Positions 27,801-38,965 of a DNA stretch of 64,000 bases are shown in pieces. The notes beneath the pieces are model-generated. The model had not been told where the DNA came from and searched no databases. It worked only from the letters and a program-made list of their open reading frames with translations. This stretch comes from Diadema antillarum (Eukaryota), in NCBI RefSeq assembly GCF_040938485.1, contig NW_027271590.1, positions 496,001 to 560,000 of the forward strand, read 5' to 3'. The position numbers and the translations under genes are program-made. Each line of letters begins with the position of its first letter. The stretch's first letter is position 1.

Positions 27801-28281
27801 CAGTGGCGGATCCAGAGGGGGGCGCACCGAGCTCAAAAAACAAAAGAAATAAAAGGAAAAATATGGGGGGGGGGCTTTAAAGGGATCGTAAAGTTTTGGT
27901 TGAGACCTAATTTCAGGTTTCTAACATTTTTGAAAGAGCATGTAATTCCTTGAGGAATTCAACATTTATTTGATGAAAATTGGTTTTGAAATGGCCGAGA
28001 TATCCAAAACAGAGCAATTCTAATAAAGTGTGGGACCCATCTTTATTACGATCGCTTTGTTTTCATACTTTGTTTTTGGATGTTTCAGTCATTCCAAACC
28101 TGATTTCCATCAAATAAACTTTGAATTCCTCTTAAAATGGTATGCTCTGTACTATTTCATAAGTGTTTTCTTGGTATCTCACAAAAAGTTGAAAGCCCAA
28201 TTCTCATCTCAACCAATACTGTACCATCCCTTTAATTTTGGAAAGCACCTCCCCTTTATGGAATTCTTGGATCCACCCCTG
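27801..28281. mobile_element. Second CAGTGGCGGATCC-type MITE, interrupted by the TTAA element
   Basis: Aligns to the reverse complement of 15169-15333 once 27881-28235 is removed. Confidence 0.8.
27881..28231. mobile_element. TTAA-flanked MITE (Kolobok-like AGGG termini), 351 bp
   Basis: TTAA at 27877-27880 and 28232-28235. Imperfect TIR agggatcgtaaagttttggttgaga / tctcaaccaatactgtaccatccct. Confidence 0.85.
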
Positions 28282-28326
28282 GAGTGGATTGGTTTGGACA
28301 TAACACATGCTTGGCACTACACTGAA

Positions 28327-28535
28327 TACTCCAAGACCAGACATTTTTGCATGCATTTTAATTTCGCAAATTTCGTGAGAGCCAAGATTCACAAAATTAA
28401 AATGCACGCAAAAGGTCTTGTCTATGCTAGATGCATTGAATAAAAGGTGCTATTCCCGAAAATTTCATGCTGCGAAAAAGGCCACCGGCTCCATCTGGCA
28501 AAAATGTCATGCCATGAATATTTCTTGCTTAACAG
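28327..28535. mobile_element. Copy of the TA-flanked CTGTA MITE family
   Basis: Homology to 2335-2526 and 12746-12943. Right end aacag|ta. Confidence 0.75.
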
Positions 28536-29838
28536 TATTAGTAACTTTGATTTGATAAATTGCCCTATACCACTTTATTCACACAGGACCAATATTTGAA
28601 AATGTCATCTATTTGCTGTGTAGAAGCTTGTGGTCTATGAATATAAACCAGTAAAAGCTGCTTAGCAGCAGTAACCAGCTCATAGTTGGTGCCACAGCCA
28701 CGTTGTCAATAAATAACACAATACTTAGGCTTTAAGCTGGGTTCCCAGCTTAGAATCCTTGGCATAATCTTTGCAGACCCACTGAACAAAATATTTCAAG
28801 AATTTAGAGCTCTGTAACAATATCACAGAGGACAGTTTTGATTGCACAATTTTGTACATATGTCAATGTGTGTACACATACTGACTGTTGATGAAAACTG
28901 TACATTGAGACAAGATCCTGAAAAATAATTTAACGCAATTACGATCAAATCTTTTTATGCTAAAAAAAGACCCATCCCACATGTGCTCACTCTATGGTCT
29001 TCAGCAAATGTTGTCATGAAGTTTTCCATGTCCATACTACACATGTATGTAGATTATAAGAAATTGTGTGGAGTCCAAACAATTCTACACTTCTTTAAAA
29101 TAGAATGCTGTTTCCCTATCCATATCTACACCTGTACTATCAGAGCTTGTAGTAAAGGTAGCAGAAAAAATGATCAGCCAGCTAAAAAGGGCATGCACGA
29201 TGAAGAGAAAGAACTTTTCTGCTTGAAATGTTGATCTCTAAAATGTGATTCTGATAAAAACATTCACAAAATTACAACAAGGCTCTTTTATTTTACATTT
29301 TTACATTATGTGCCATCCCCGTAACTTTCCAAAATTTGTGAATCACATACCAGCTGGAGCTCTGGGAATGGTACATTTTGTAGATGAAGTTTGCTTTTTA
29401 CATGTAATGGCAATAATCACATAATAATTAAAATGTTGTTGATGATGTTAATGGTAGAAACAATAAAAGTATTAACAATAGCAATTGTGATAATAATAGT
29501 GATAATAATTACATGATGAATATAATAACAATAATCATCATAACAACACAATTATTTACCCTGGGATGAGTTCAGCGGTTGCAATGATCATTCAAAATGC
29601 TCTGCCTAAATACAATGTACATCCTACATATTTCCACCAGGGTGAGCATTGATACATATTCATCCACCAGACACCTACGTCACAAGGAGCATGCAGGTAG
29701 AACATCTCATTCCAGGATGTCAAAACATAATGAGCAGGATTCAGAGTCCGGATCTTTTGACACGGCTTCCAGATCCTTGTTCACTACGCCAAAGCACTCC
29801 ACCATGCATGTTACCAACGAATGTACATAGGAACCCAC

Positions 29839-30051
29839 CTGAACAGCATCCTCAGTGCAGTGACTTATTGAGATATACCCCACCCAACAAACTGACACTA
29901 GGTGGACATAATTTGAAGATCTGCAAGCACATGGTTGGTCCATGGAACAAGTCTTGGCTCGCTCCTTCCAAAGAGATCCCACATGCTAGCTGGCACAAAA
30001 TACAGTCATCCTTCTTCCAAGACACTACAAACAGGTCTTCCACTGATTTAT
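29839..30051 (-). other. Candidate internal 5' UTR exon (213 nt)
   Basis: Acceptor gatttctctctttttccctgccag| and donor TTCAG|GTGGGT inside a GC-elevated block. No convincing coding frame. Confidence 0.35.
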
Positions 30052-32599
30052 CTGGCAGGGAAAAAGAGAGAAATCAATACTCTTGGTTCAAAGCCCCTCG
30101 TCCATTGACACAGTGGACAGTGGCGAGGGTTTCCTTTGAACCTCTTCAGGATTAGCATTCCGGGGCCAATGCCCTGGGGCAGCCCCCACTATTCATGCCA
30201 CCATCCAGTGGCTGGGTCTGCCTGGTGCTGCCGCAGCCACATCCAATCATTGTGGGGCTATGATATTGTCACTTTATCCGCCCTCACATTGACACGCTTT
30301 TTTGAAGATTCTGATAAATAAGACATATCTCACTGAACTGGAAGCAGGACGTGTCAGATCCTCCTCCTTGTAATCCAACACATAAACGCTGTGGTGGCTG
30401 TTGAGGTTGCTGGTAGCAAGTGCAGTAGCTTGATGATCATTCTTCTGAGAAGTCAGCACACAGGAGATCCCCCTCCCCCCCCCCCCTTTTCTCTCTCCCT
30501 GAAGTCAAAACTGAAACTGGAAGATTGGACCCCGCTGCTTTCGAGGGTCACCTTTCATGTTTGACCTTTGTCCTCAAAATTCAATTATGCAGCCAGTGTC
30601 ACGGACAACTGCTGAGAAAGTTCATCACCACCAGCATGGCTTCATGACTTTGTGAATGCCAATTTTAGCAGCCAGGAAGCATTCTGACTCCAGAGCAATA
30701 AGATCTATTCAAAACTCATAATCACGTTTACGGGGATTTCACAAAAATAATGCACCTAGGAACCTGAACGGTGCTTTGTCAGGACTAAATTAAGACTTGC
30801 ATGAAATATTGTCATGCATACCCATTCTCACTTGTGTTCTGTTACCACATAAGTATTTCATCACTAAGGCAGGGTCACCTCCTCTCCAGAGATGCCACTT
30901 CTTGTACTTTCTGGAGTTTTAATTCATCACAACTCTCCTCATCAAAACTAGTTTGTATGATACCAACAAATTGAACCTCTGCAGGAATGTAAAATGTTCA
31001 CATTTTGAGGAGGCCAGGCATCAAGAAGAAGAATTATTAGATTGCACACTCCACTACCAAAATTCTTTGAAAAATAAGTCTCTCTCTCCAATTCTTTTCA
31101 TTCTCAGGAAAATAAAACCTTCACCTGAAGGATTTGTTCATGAGCAAAAAGACAGAAAAAAAAATCATGAACAATTCCAGTGATATTAAAGATACAATAT
31201 TCAGCAGCTGTCGTGCATGTTTTGAAAATGGAGCATAACTAAGCAAGCGTGACGAAAGCGAATCCGCCAAACAGATGGCGCGCGGCTGAATCATGCCACA
31301 CGGTATGGCAAGCTCGGAAAACCCCACTTTATCTTGTCTAATTACACCTTAATGGTGATACGATGGGCGCATACGGTGATATTGAAGATGACAGGGAGAT
31401 GTCTATGAGTCACAACTGACATAAAAACACGACAGACTTCTGCGAGGGTCTTGACGGAAATCGACAGGCCCATCCTGTGACCAGCTTCGAGGCTTGCGAC
31501 ATGGCAACGAATCTTAAGCCTACGTAAAGTATTTAAATGGCAGATGTAGACATAAAGTAATGATGTGATGTCTCCTTTATATCTAAGAATGGAGACTACT
31601 GAATGGAGAGAAAATGAGCTTAAATATAACTGTAAAAGCAGACAAGAACAGTCAAAACCTCAAATTTTTCATGTACGACCAAGTCATAAAAGATATTCCC
31701 TACATGTACAATGTACATTAATCTGAATGCTGTTGACATGCACTTGATCTTTAGCAATTGTCATACAATGTATATTTCAGTACATATCCAATCAACAAAT
31801 CAAATCAAATAATACTTAGGAGGTACAGAATTTCCACAAGTACATTGATGAAATATTTCGCAGAATGGGGTAAGACATCATTTGATGCAGGAAATTTTAC
31901 AGGTACTGTAATTTCATATTATAGTGTCTCAATGAGAAACTACACAATGTTTATGAAGTAATAAAGGAGCTGCATGGAAATGCAACTAAGAAGATAAACA
32001 TGGATGTGCTTGCACAGGCATGGGAAATAAATTGTGGAATAGAAATAAAAAGAGCAGCATTTAAACAGAGAGACAGAGAGACGGACGGTCATCCCAAAAT
32101 GCAGGTCAAACTAAAACACCGCATGTGTAGCGTACACACAGAAGATACCTATGGAACCAGTGACTCACATTTTGACTATCAAGGAAGACTTACAGATGTC
32201 ACTTGGAGAACCAGCAATAGGAATGCATGACAAATGGCACTGACAAGAGGGATTATCATCAATTTAAGCTGAATCCCCCCTGAAAAGTCCTTTATTTTAA
32301 GAAAGGCTGTGCGGCCGCAAATCCTTTTCATCACAGACACTGAGTGAATGCCGTCAGGGTTATCTCAGAATGATCAAATCACAAACCCCTTCGTAAGAAT
32401 TATACATGTATCACAATGCTTTGAAAGTCTGCGCACAAGCCACTGCCCTGCTTGCATTTTCCTTTCAAATCTACTGTACCATGCAAAATCACACAATTAT
32501 ATGCCTGCTGTGAATGAAAAAAAAAAGTTATAAGAAAACAGACAAGAAAGTTGTTTACATATTACCAGTGATAGTACATGTATGTACAGGAATGAGGTA

Positions 32600-32763
32600 C
32601 TGTAAAACCAGAAATTTTTGTGTGCAAGACATTTTCGCAAATTTCAAGAGGAGCCACATTTCTCGATATCAAAATGCATGTAGAAATTCTTGTCTATACT
32701 ATGCACGGAATGCCAGATGCAATTTGCAAAAATTTGATGCCATGAAAATGTCTGGTTTAACAG
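32600..32763. mobile_element. Copy of the TA-flanked CTGTA MITE family
   Basis: TIR ctgtaaaaccagaaatttt / aaaatgtctggtttaacag. Confidence 0.75.
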
Positions 32764-33330
32764 AATATTAAAGTGACAATACAAATCTTCCCAAAATGCT
32801 GTTTTAAAGAATGAAGAAAATTTCAGAGTAGGGCCTATATTGCACAAATAGAAACAGACTGCAGAAAATAATCTGTAAATCAAATATATTCAAAATTTGG
32901 TAATTTTTCTCACAATACTATTCTTAGACTATAAGTCATGAACAACAAACATGATAAACCCCGTCGATATGTACAGCCCTAAAATACATATGTGTGTACC
33001 TGAAATGCTATTACCTGTAACAGATTTTTCTAATAAAAGGTAGAAGAATTAAAAGAATGTTTACACTCAATGACACACACACACAAAAAAAAATACATGC
33101 AAGCATTCGCAAATGAAATATATTGTTACCATTGACATGTAACGTGAACATCCAGCTGAGATGGCAGACTGCAGAGGAATGATCTGAAGAGCTTACTGAA
33201 TACTTTCAAGAAATGGCTGTATCATCACTTGAGGATGGGACTGAAATGAGGAGCACAAAGGAATCTCTACAACATCATGGATTCCTTCCTCTCCGTTTAA
33301 TCCATACGCACGACACCCATGGACTCTTAC

Positions 33331-33467
33331 TTCACAAACCATTGGGCAGATTACAAAACATCGCTGTCTCGATCGTTTCCTCTGGAATAGGATACACTTA
33401 GGAAGGAAGTGGGACGGCATATATGAGAAATAGATTTGTAATGCGAAGCGGACAATTCTCTCAGATC
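33331..33467 (-). other. Candidate internal 5' UTR exon (137 nt; alternative donor at 33197)
   Basis: Acceptor tttttgtttgtcttccag|GATC, with donors GAA|GTAAGA (33331) or TCA|GTAAGC (33197). Confidence 0.35.
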
Positions 33468-35872
33468 CTGGAAGACAAACAAAAATATTAATGATGATAA
33501 ACATGAACAGGAATTGATAATCAAGAATTCATGCAATGAATGCTGCCCCTCCCCGCCCCCAACACACACACACAAACACATGATAGTACTCTTGACCCCA
33601 TGTTTAGACAGAGGACTCACAAACGTAAACGAAACCAGCACATGGTAATTGAAAGTGTCACATGACAATGATAATCAAATTGCACACTCAAGTACGTTCC
33701 CACAGAGGCAGAGTGGGATTGAAAGAAAAACTTGATATCGTAGTCCAATCTAAGTTCTCTCAATCTACAATGTCAGGTACAGTCAACTTTGTACATCTCT
33801 CCCCAAAGAACAACTTGGGTTTTAGCCAAGCATGCTACATGATTACAAATCTTTTGTGTTCTTCCCTCGCCTACACTTCGTCTTTACTGGAAAGAGTTTG
33901 CGCCAACTCACACATGGTGCCTCTATAAAAATGAGTTTGTAAATACAGTCATTACTTCAAATGGTGTGTGAATTAAAAACAAAACAAAACAAAACAAAAC
34001 AAAACACTGACTTGAAAGTAGGCTTTTGAAGACAATATGTGCAATCTTATAGACCTTGTAGTGTGGAGAGTCATGGGTGGCCGTATTCATTTGCTGCCCA
34101 CCAGGGTACTTTCGGAAACCATGAATAGCATTGATTGGTCAGCGATAATGTGGTCGAAGCAAACCCCCATCAGTAATGGTCAACTCAAGTCGAGATTCTT
34201 CGACTGTGGGTGTGCTTGCACAGAGATTAGTAAAAAAAACTGTACTGAATTTGGTATGGGGATTCTCGAATATTCGAGTCAGGCAAGCCTTCCCAGTCCA
34301 TGGTATCCCCATGCTGACAGGGTCTTGAAGGTCAACAAGGACTTCTGCTCTGTCCCCTAAACTGCCCTCCCTTTGACTGCATGATTTCCTAAATTGCACC
34401 TCAATGATATAGCCTCTCTGATATCAAGGGTGAATCCTACCCCTTGGATTTTCCACATACCATGTTGTCCCCTTATTAAGGTGAGAAAATGTTTAATAAC
34501 CGTAATTTGCAGGGAGCACTGAGGGACTTCATGATTCATGTCTCTACAGAATGACAACTCAGAACAGATGAGTCTCGCAGCAATCAATTAATGAACATAC
34601 AGATGTCATAATATGTCATGTGACCGTTGCACAGTCCCTCTCAGAAGATGGTGACAAATGTACATGATTATGCAGCTGGAATGTGTGGGAAAATGAAATA
34701 CAGAGTTCAAGAAATGTTTTATCAACACACTGGAAAAGCTGCACAATCCAGTTTTCAATACAAATTACTGTAGGTGAATGAAACTGGGGCTAAATGAGGT
34801 TATATTGATGAACATTTCTGGGGATAATTGTAAGTGTACATGTAAGTACTTCTTGCCTTAACCTAAAAGGGGAAGGCCTGAAGAATGAGGATTATACTCT
34901 TTCAGTGACAATATACAGTGTAAGATGGACAAAACTGACTTATTGCTACAGCATGTAAAGCTGCAACTGCTGAAAGTCAAAATGATAGGTCCTCTCATCT
35001 ATGGAATATGGCCTCACTGTGTACACACACGTACATTAAAATATACTAAATGAACAGTCATGATCTGCACACTTCAATCCTCTCAGCCATGCTTTAGAAT
35101 AACAACAAAAGTGTGTGTGGGTTTTTTTTTTAAGGGATGAAAATGAGATGTTTGGAATGATCCCCTTACCCCTCCCTTGGTGGGTTACCAAACCTTTCAT
35201 CCTCCAGCCAAGGCAATGGCGAGATACTACTTCAGCATCTATTCCTCCTCATTTGGGCTTCACTCTACCACAAACTTCAAGTCAATCCGACCATAAATTT
35301 GCTCAACCCACTGGCTTATTGATCAATAAACCTTCATGGGGGGGGGGGGGGGGGGGGAAGGAGGAATTCGCAATTGGCTCGCATTTCCACAAGAAGTACT
35401 CTGCGCCGACAATCCACTTTAGGGCTAACCAGCTCTCGCTGCATTTGAGCTGCACTGGTAGGGACAATCTGACTGGAAACAGACCTGTTCTGATGCTGAT
35501 TCAGGTTGCCGGAGCCAGAATGGGGCACAGCTGTACTTCTTTCTTCAGCTGCCTTTATATCATACTGAAATCTTCTTCATTTATTTTTTGATTGTTTTAT
35601 TTGATTTACACAGCAATCATAGAACAAATTTGAACCCTGGGAATAAAAAGAAGAGTTTCTTGACTGCTGTGATTACGACTTACTGGCAGCACAGCAAAAT
35701 ATTTGACATTATTTGAGGGGTTTTTGTTTGCTGACACTGATTTCTTTTGAGAAGATCTTTGTACATTATGAGTTACAGATAGGTGCATACAGTATAGGCC
35801 TATAGAGCTAGAACAAGGAAACAAAACAAAAATGACATTTCATTCATTGCATGCACTGCTTTTATACTCTTA

Positions 35873-36438
35873 AGGGCTTTTTACACTTGTAAATTTTTGC
35901 TTAGCCCCGGACCAACGGTGGGGCTAAGGGGGGGCCTTAGCCCCACCGTTGGTACGGGACTATCCTTAGCCCACTTTCTGTTTACACTCGTTTTTGCCAA
36001 AGTGGGCTAGCCCCACCGATAGTACGGTACTATCTGGCCCTGCAAAATAGCAGGGGTTAGCACCGCAATTGCGGTGCTAGCACCGCAATTGCGGTGCCAA
36101 GCAAGTGAGTGTAAACAGAACGAAAAAATAATCCTGGGCTAAGCGACGGAGACGAAGTCCGACCCTCACTGACCAATCAGAAACGAGGTAATCAAGTGCT
36201 GCCGGTGCGTGTGTGTATGTGTACAGTACACAGCGTAATTATGAATATTCATGTGGTTTGGAAAGTCCGGGGCTAAGAAATACGAGTGTAAAAAGGTCAG
36301 GTTTCTCCTTAGCCCCGGACAAGAGATAGTACGGGACTAATTGGCGAGTGTAAAAAGCTGAAAAAATTGGTACGGGACTAACGATAGTCCTGGGTCAGAG
36401 AAAGTCCGGGGTTAAGAAACACAAGTGTAAAAAGCCCT
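35873..36438. mobile_element. PIF/Harbinger-like MITE, copy 1 (566 bp)
   Basis: TIR agggctttttacacttgt / acaagtgtaaaaagccct, flanked by TTA and TAA. A near-identical copy lies at 58589-59164. Confidence 0.9.
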
Positions 36439-38101
36439 TAACTAGGACAAATTGAAGAGAAAGAGCTTCTTGGTTTGTTTGTTGTTTTAGTTGCAGCTTA
36501 CATGAACTGGCCTGCATATACATGTGTATACAGAAAACTCCTGGCTACCTTGAGGATTACAATAAGTAAAATTAATATTCCAATGAGATTTGAACATTCC
36601 TCATGCAGTACTGTCACAACAGAACCAAAAATCTATTCCAACTTGGGCATTGAATTACCAAAGTACAAATTGTATGTTCTTTGCTGTCATAATCTAGAAT
36701 GCACTTTACTAACTGCAGGAGCCATGATCAATCCGTTTCTTGCAAGTATTACACATGATCATTGTCATTGTAGAGACCTTACAGTACAAGAGGATGATCC
36801 CATCCCTTTGATGCATCAGTGAAACACAGATTATGATAAAAGGTGGTACATGTATGTCCAAACTGGAGCTTTTCCGGTTTCACCTAGAAGGTGTACAAAG
36901 CAGTGTTGTTCCTGAATCTACAAGTTGTGTCATGGGTCATCTTGATTTGAGGTCAGCGCGCGAGTAGGGTTTATGTTATCTCGAGACAAATTGCCTCACT
37001 ATGGCTTAAAACCGTAATTCTTTTAACAAATGAATCATCGTATTAGACTAACAAAAAAGAAAAGACGTTAGCATTCACACTTTCAACAATCTATTTCATG
37101 GCAGCTGTACAAATCCTGCCAAAAAAAAAAGTCTCCAGGACAGCTTTACAGCATAATTTGCATCACAGCTTTCCATCCTACAGTACACAAATCTGTACAT
37201 GTCACACATCATCATCAGATTTCTAATTGTCACATTTGACCATTTCTTTTCTTTTTCAGCACATGAAAATGCTGTATTACTCATGCTCTCAGTAGGGCTA
37301 AGCTCTCATTAAAAATTACAGCACAGGTCTTTGCAACAGGCTTTTTCCCATTTTTTCCCCCTCAAGTATATCTAACTATGTCTTTACATGTTAATTCCTT
37401 TCAATTAGTATTAGACATATACACTAGCGGTACTTAGTGGGGATGATTTATTCATCAGCTTTCCCTGCACCCTTTAGCGCATTAACTGATGGTATTAAGT
37501 GTACCATATTAAGTGGCAGGTGCAGAGAACCAAGACAGGGCACAATGAACTTTAGCTCCTACTGGCTACCAAACTTTGGCTTAGTCTCTGCTGTCTCTAC
37601 AAGAACTGTGATTGTTTGCATCTGAAAAAAACAAATATTCAAAAGTCACTGAATTCATGATTCACCATTTGTATCTTTTTCTACTTATTTTATTGAGGGG
37701 GGTGGGGTGAAGGGAAAAGAAGAATATGATGTATGAAGATGCAGAATTTATTGTTCTATGACACTATTGACAGTCTAATTCACAATGTATAATGTAACCT
37801 AGAAATAGTCTGAACCACCCACAGCATTAATCAAGTTGTACAGTAGCACATAAATGACTCCAATGTCCTTCCTCTATCCTTGTATATGATACTTTGTTTG
37901 TTACAACACTGTGTAATCCTAGTCAGAGATAGGGGAGGGTATCGTTAGCAGCTAACCGTTGGGCAAGAAACACGCAGTACATACTGACACGGGAGTTATG
38001 ACCCCTGTCATCAATGTATCATGTATCGCTCCAAGGAATGATGCAGCTGCCTCTTTGCCTATTGCAGCATATAATGTATGTCTGCTATCACACAAATATG
38101 T

Positions 38102-38158
<57 letters not shown>

Positions 38159-38483
38159 GATGTACGTGTGCAGCTCTTGCTATAACAATTTTCTCAGTAT
38201 ATTCATACAATTGTATGCTTTGCTATATTGCAGCTTGGTTCTTGACAAGTTCTGAAAATATATATAATACCTAAAAACCATTCAGCAAATTCCAGACATT
38301 TCCTTTGACATTACCTATTTGCTGTCATAAATGTCTGCTTCACTTGCAGCAGAAACCTCCCGTCCACAATCACTTCCAGTAGAGGCAGACATCACAAACT
38401 AGAAGATATTTACAGTCAGCCATCCTTCTGTCCCTTTAAACATGACAATTTTGATCAATGATTAACGATGCTTGTTGCAATAC

Positions 38484-38650
38484 ACCGTAAAAACCATTGC
38501 GAATCACTGTTGGATTGCAAATTTAACAACATGCCAAAATAAAGCCCTGTACAGACAAGTGGCAAAGTGAACGATAGCCTCAGTATAATATCACAAAAAC
38601 AACATTTCGCAAAAATGTCTGTGACCTTCTCATTCACGAAAATATCTGTA
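38484..38650. mobile_element. Partial copy of the 16183-16412 subfamily
   Basis: Direct similarity to 16183-16385. Confidence 0.6.
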
Positions 38651-38814
38651 TCTATCTCTATCTGTATCTAAATATCTTGAAGCCCTTAATATTGAAAACT
38701 TCACACATTGGTTTATTTGTCCACATAAAATATGTTATCATTTCCATAACACATGTTGAAAAGCAAAGCAATAAATAACTAAATGGGGAACAAAATAGGC
38801 CAGTCAAAAGAAAT

Positions 38815-38965
38815 ACTGCGGTGTTGTCAAGAAGGCTTTTGGGCACTTGAACAGCAAAACCCTGGGTTCCAATCCAACTACACGTACGCCAGAGCATCAC
38901 TGGGCGAGATGTTCTTACCAACCATGTCCCTCTTGACCCAGGTGTATTCATGTGTACCTGGGGAT
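38815..38965 (+). mobile_element. Decayed tRNA-derived SINE
   Basis: B-box-like ctgggttccaatcc followed by ctgggcgagatg...tgtccctcttgacccaggtgtattcatgtgtacc. This resembles the conserved central domain (ACCCAGGTGTATAAATGGGTACC) of widespread metazoan SINEs. The A box is degenerate. Confidence 0.55.

Noticed and set aside
29649-30155. 168-aa plus-strand ORF, the longest outside SIPA1L and its overlaps
   Set aside because: No recognisable motif, antisense within a host intron, and no supporting splice structure.
35360-35570. Minus-strand TATAAA with a GC-elevated downstream block as an alternative promoter
   Set aside because: No convincing donor follows, and TATAAA is common in AT-rich DNA.
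36060-36097. Tandem palindromic repeats suggestive of CRISPR repeats or operators
   Set aside because: Only two units with no spacers, inside a eukaryotic MITE.
38855-38880. tRNA B-box-like sequence
   Set aside because: No cloverleaf; better explained as a decayed SINE head.
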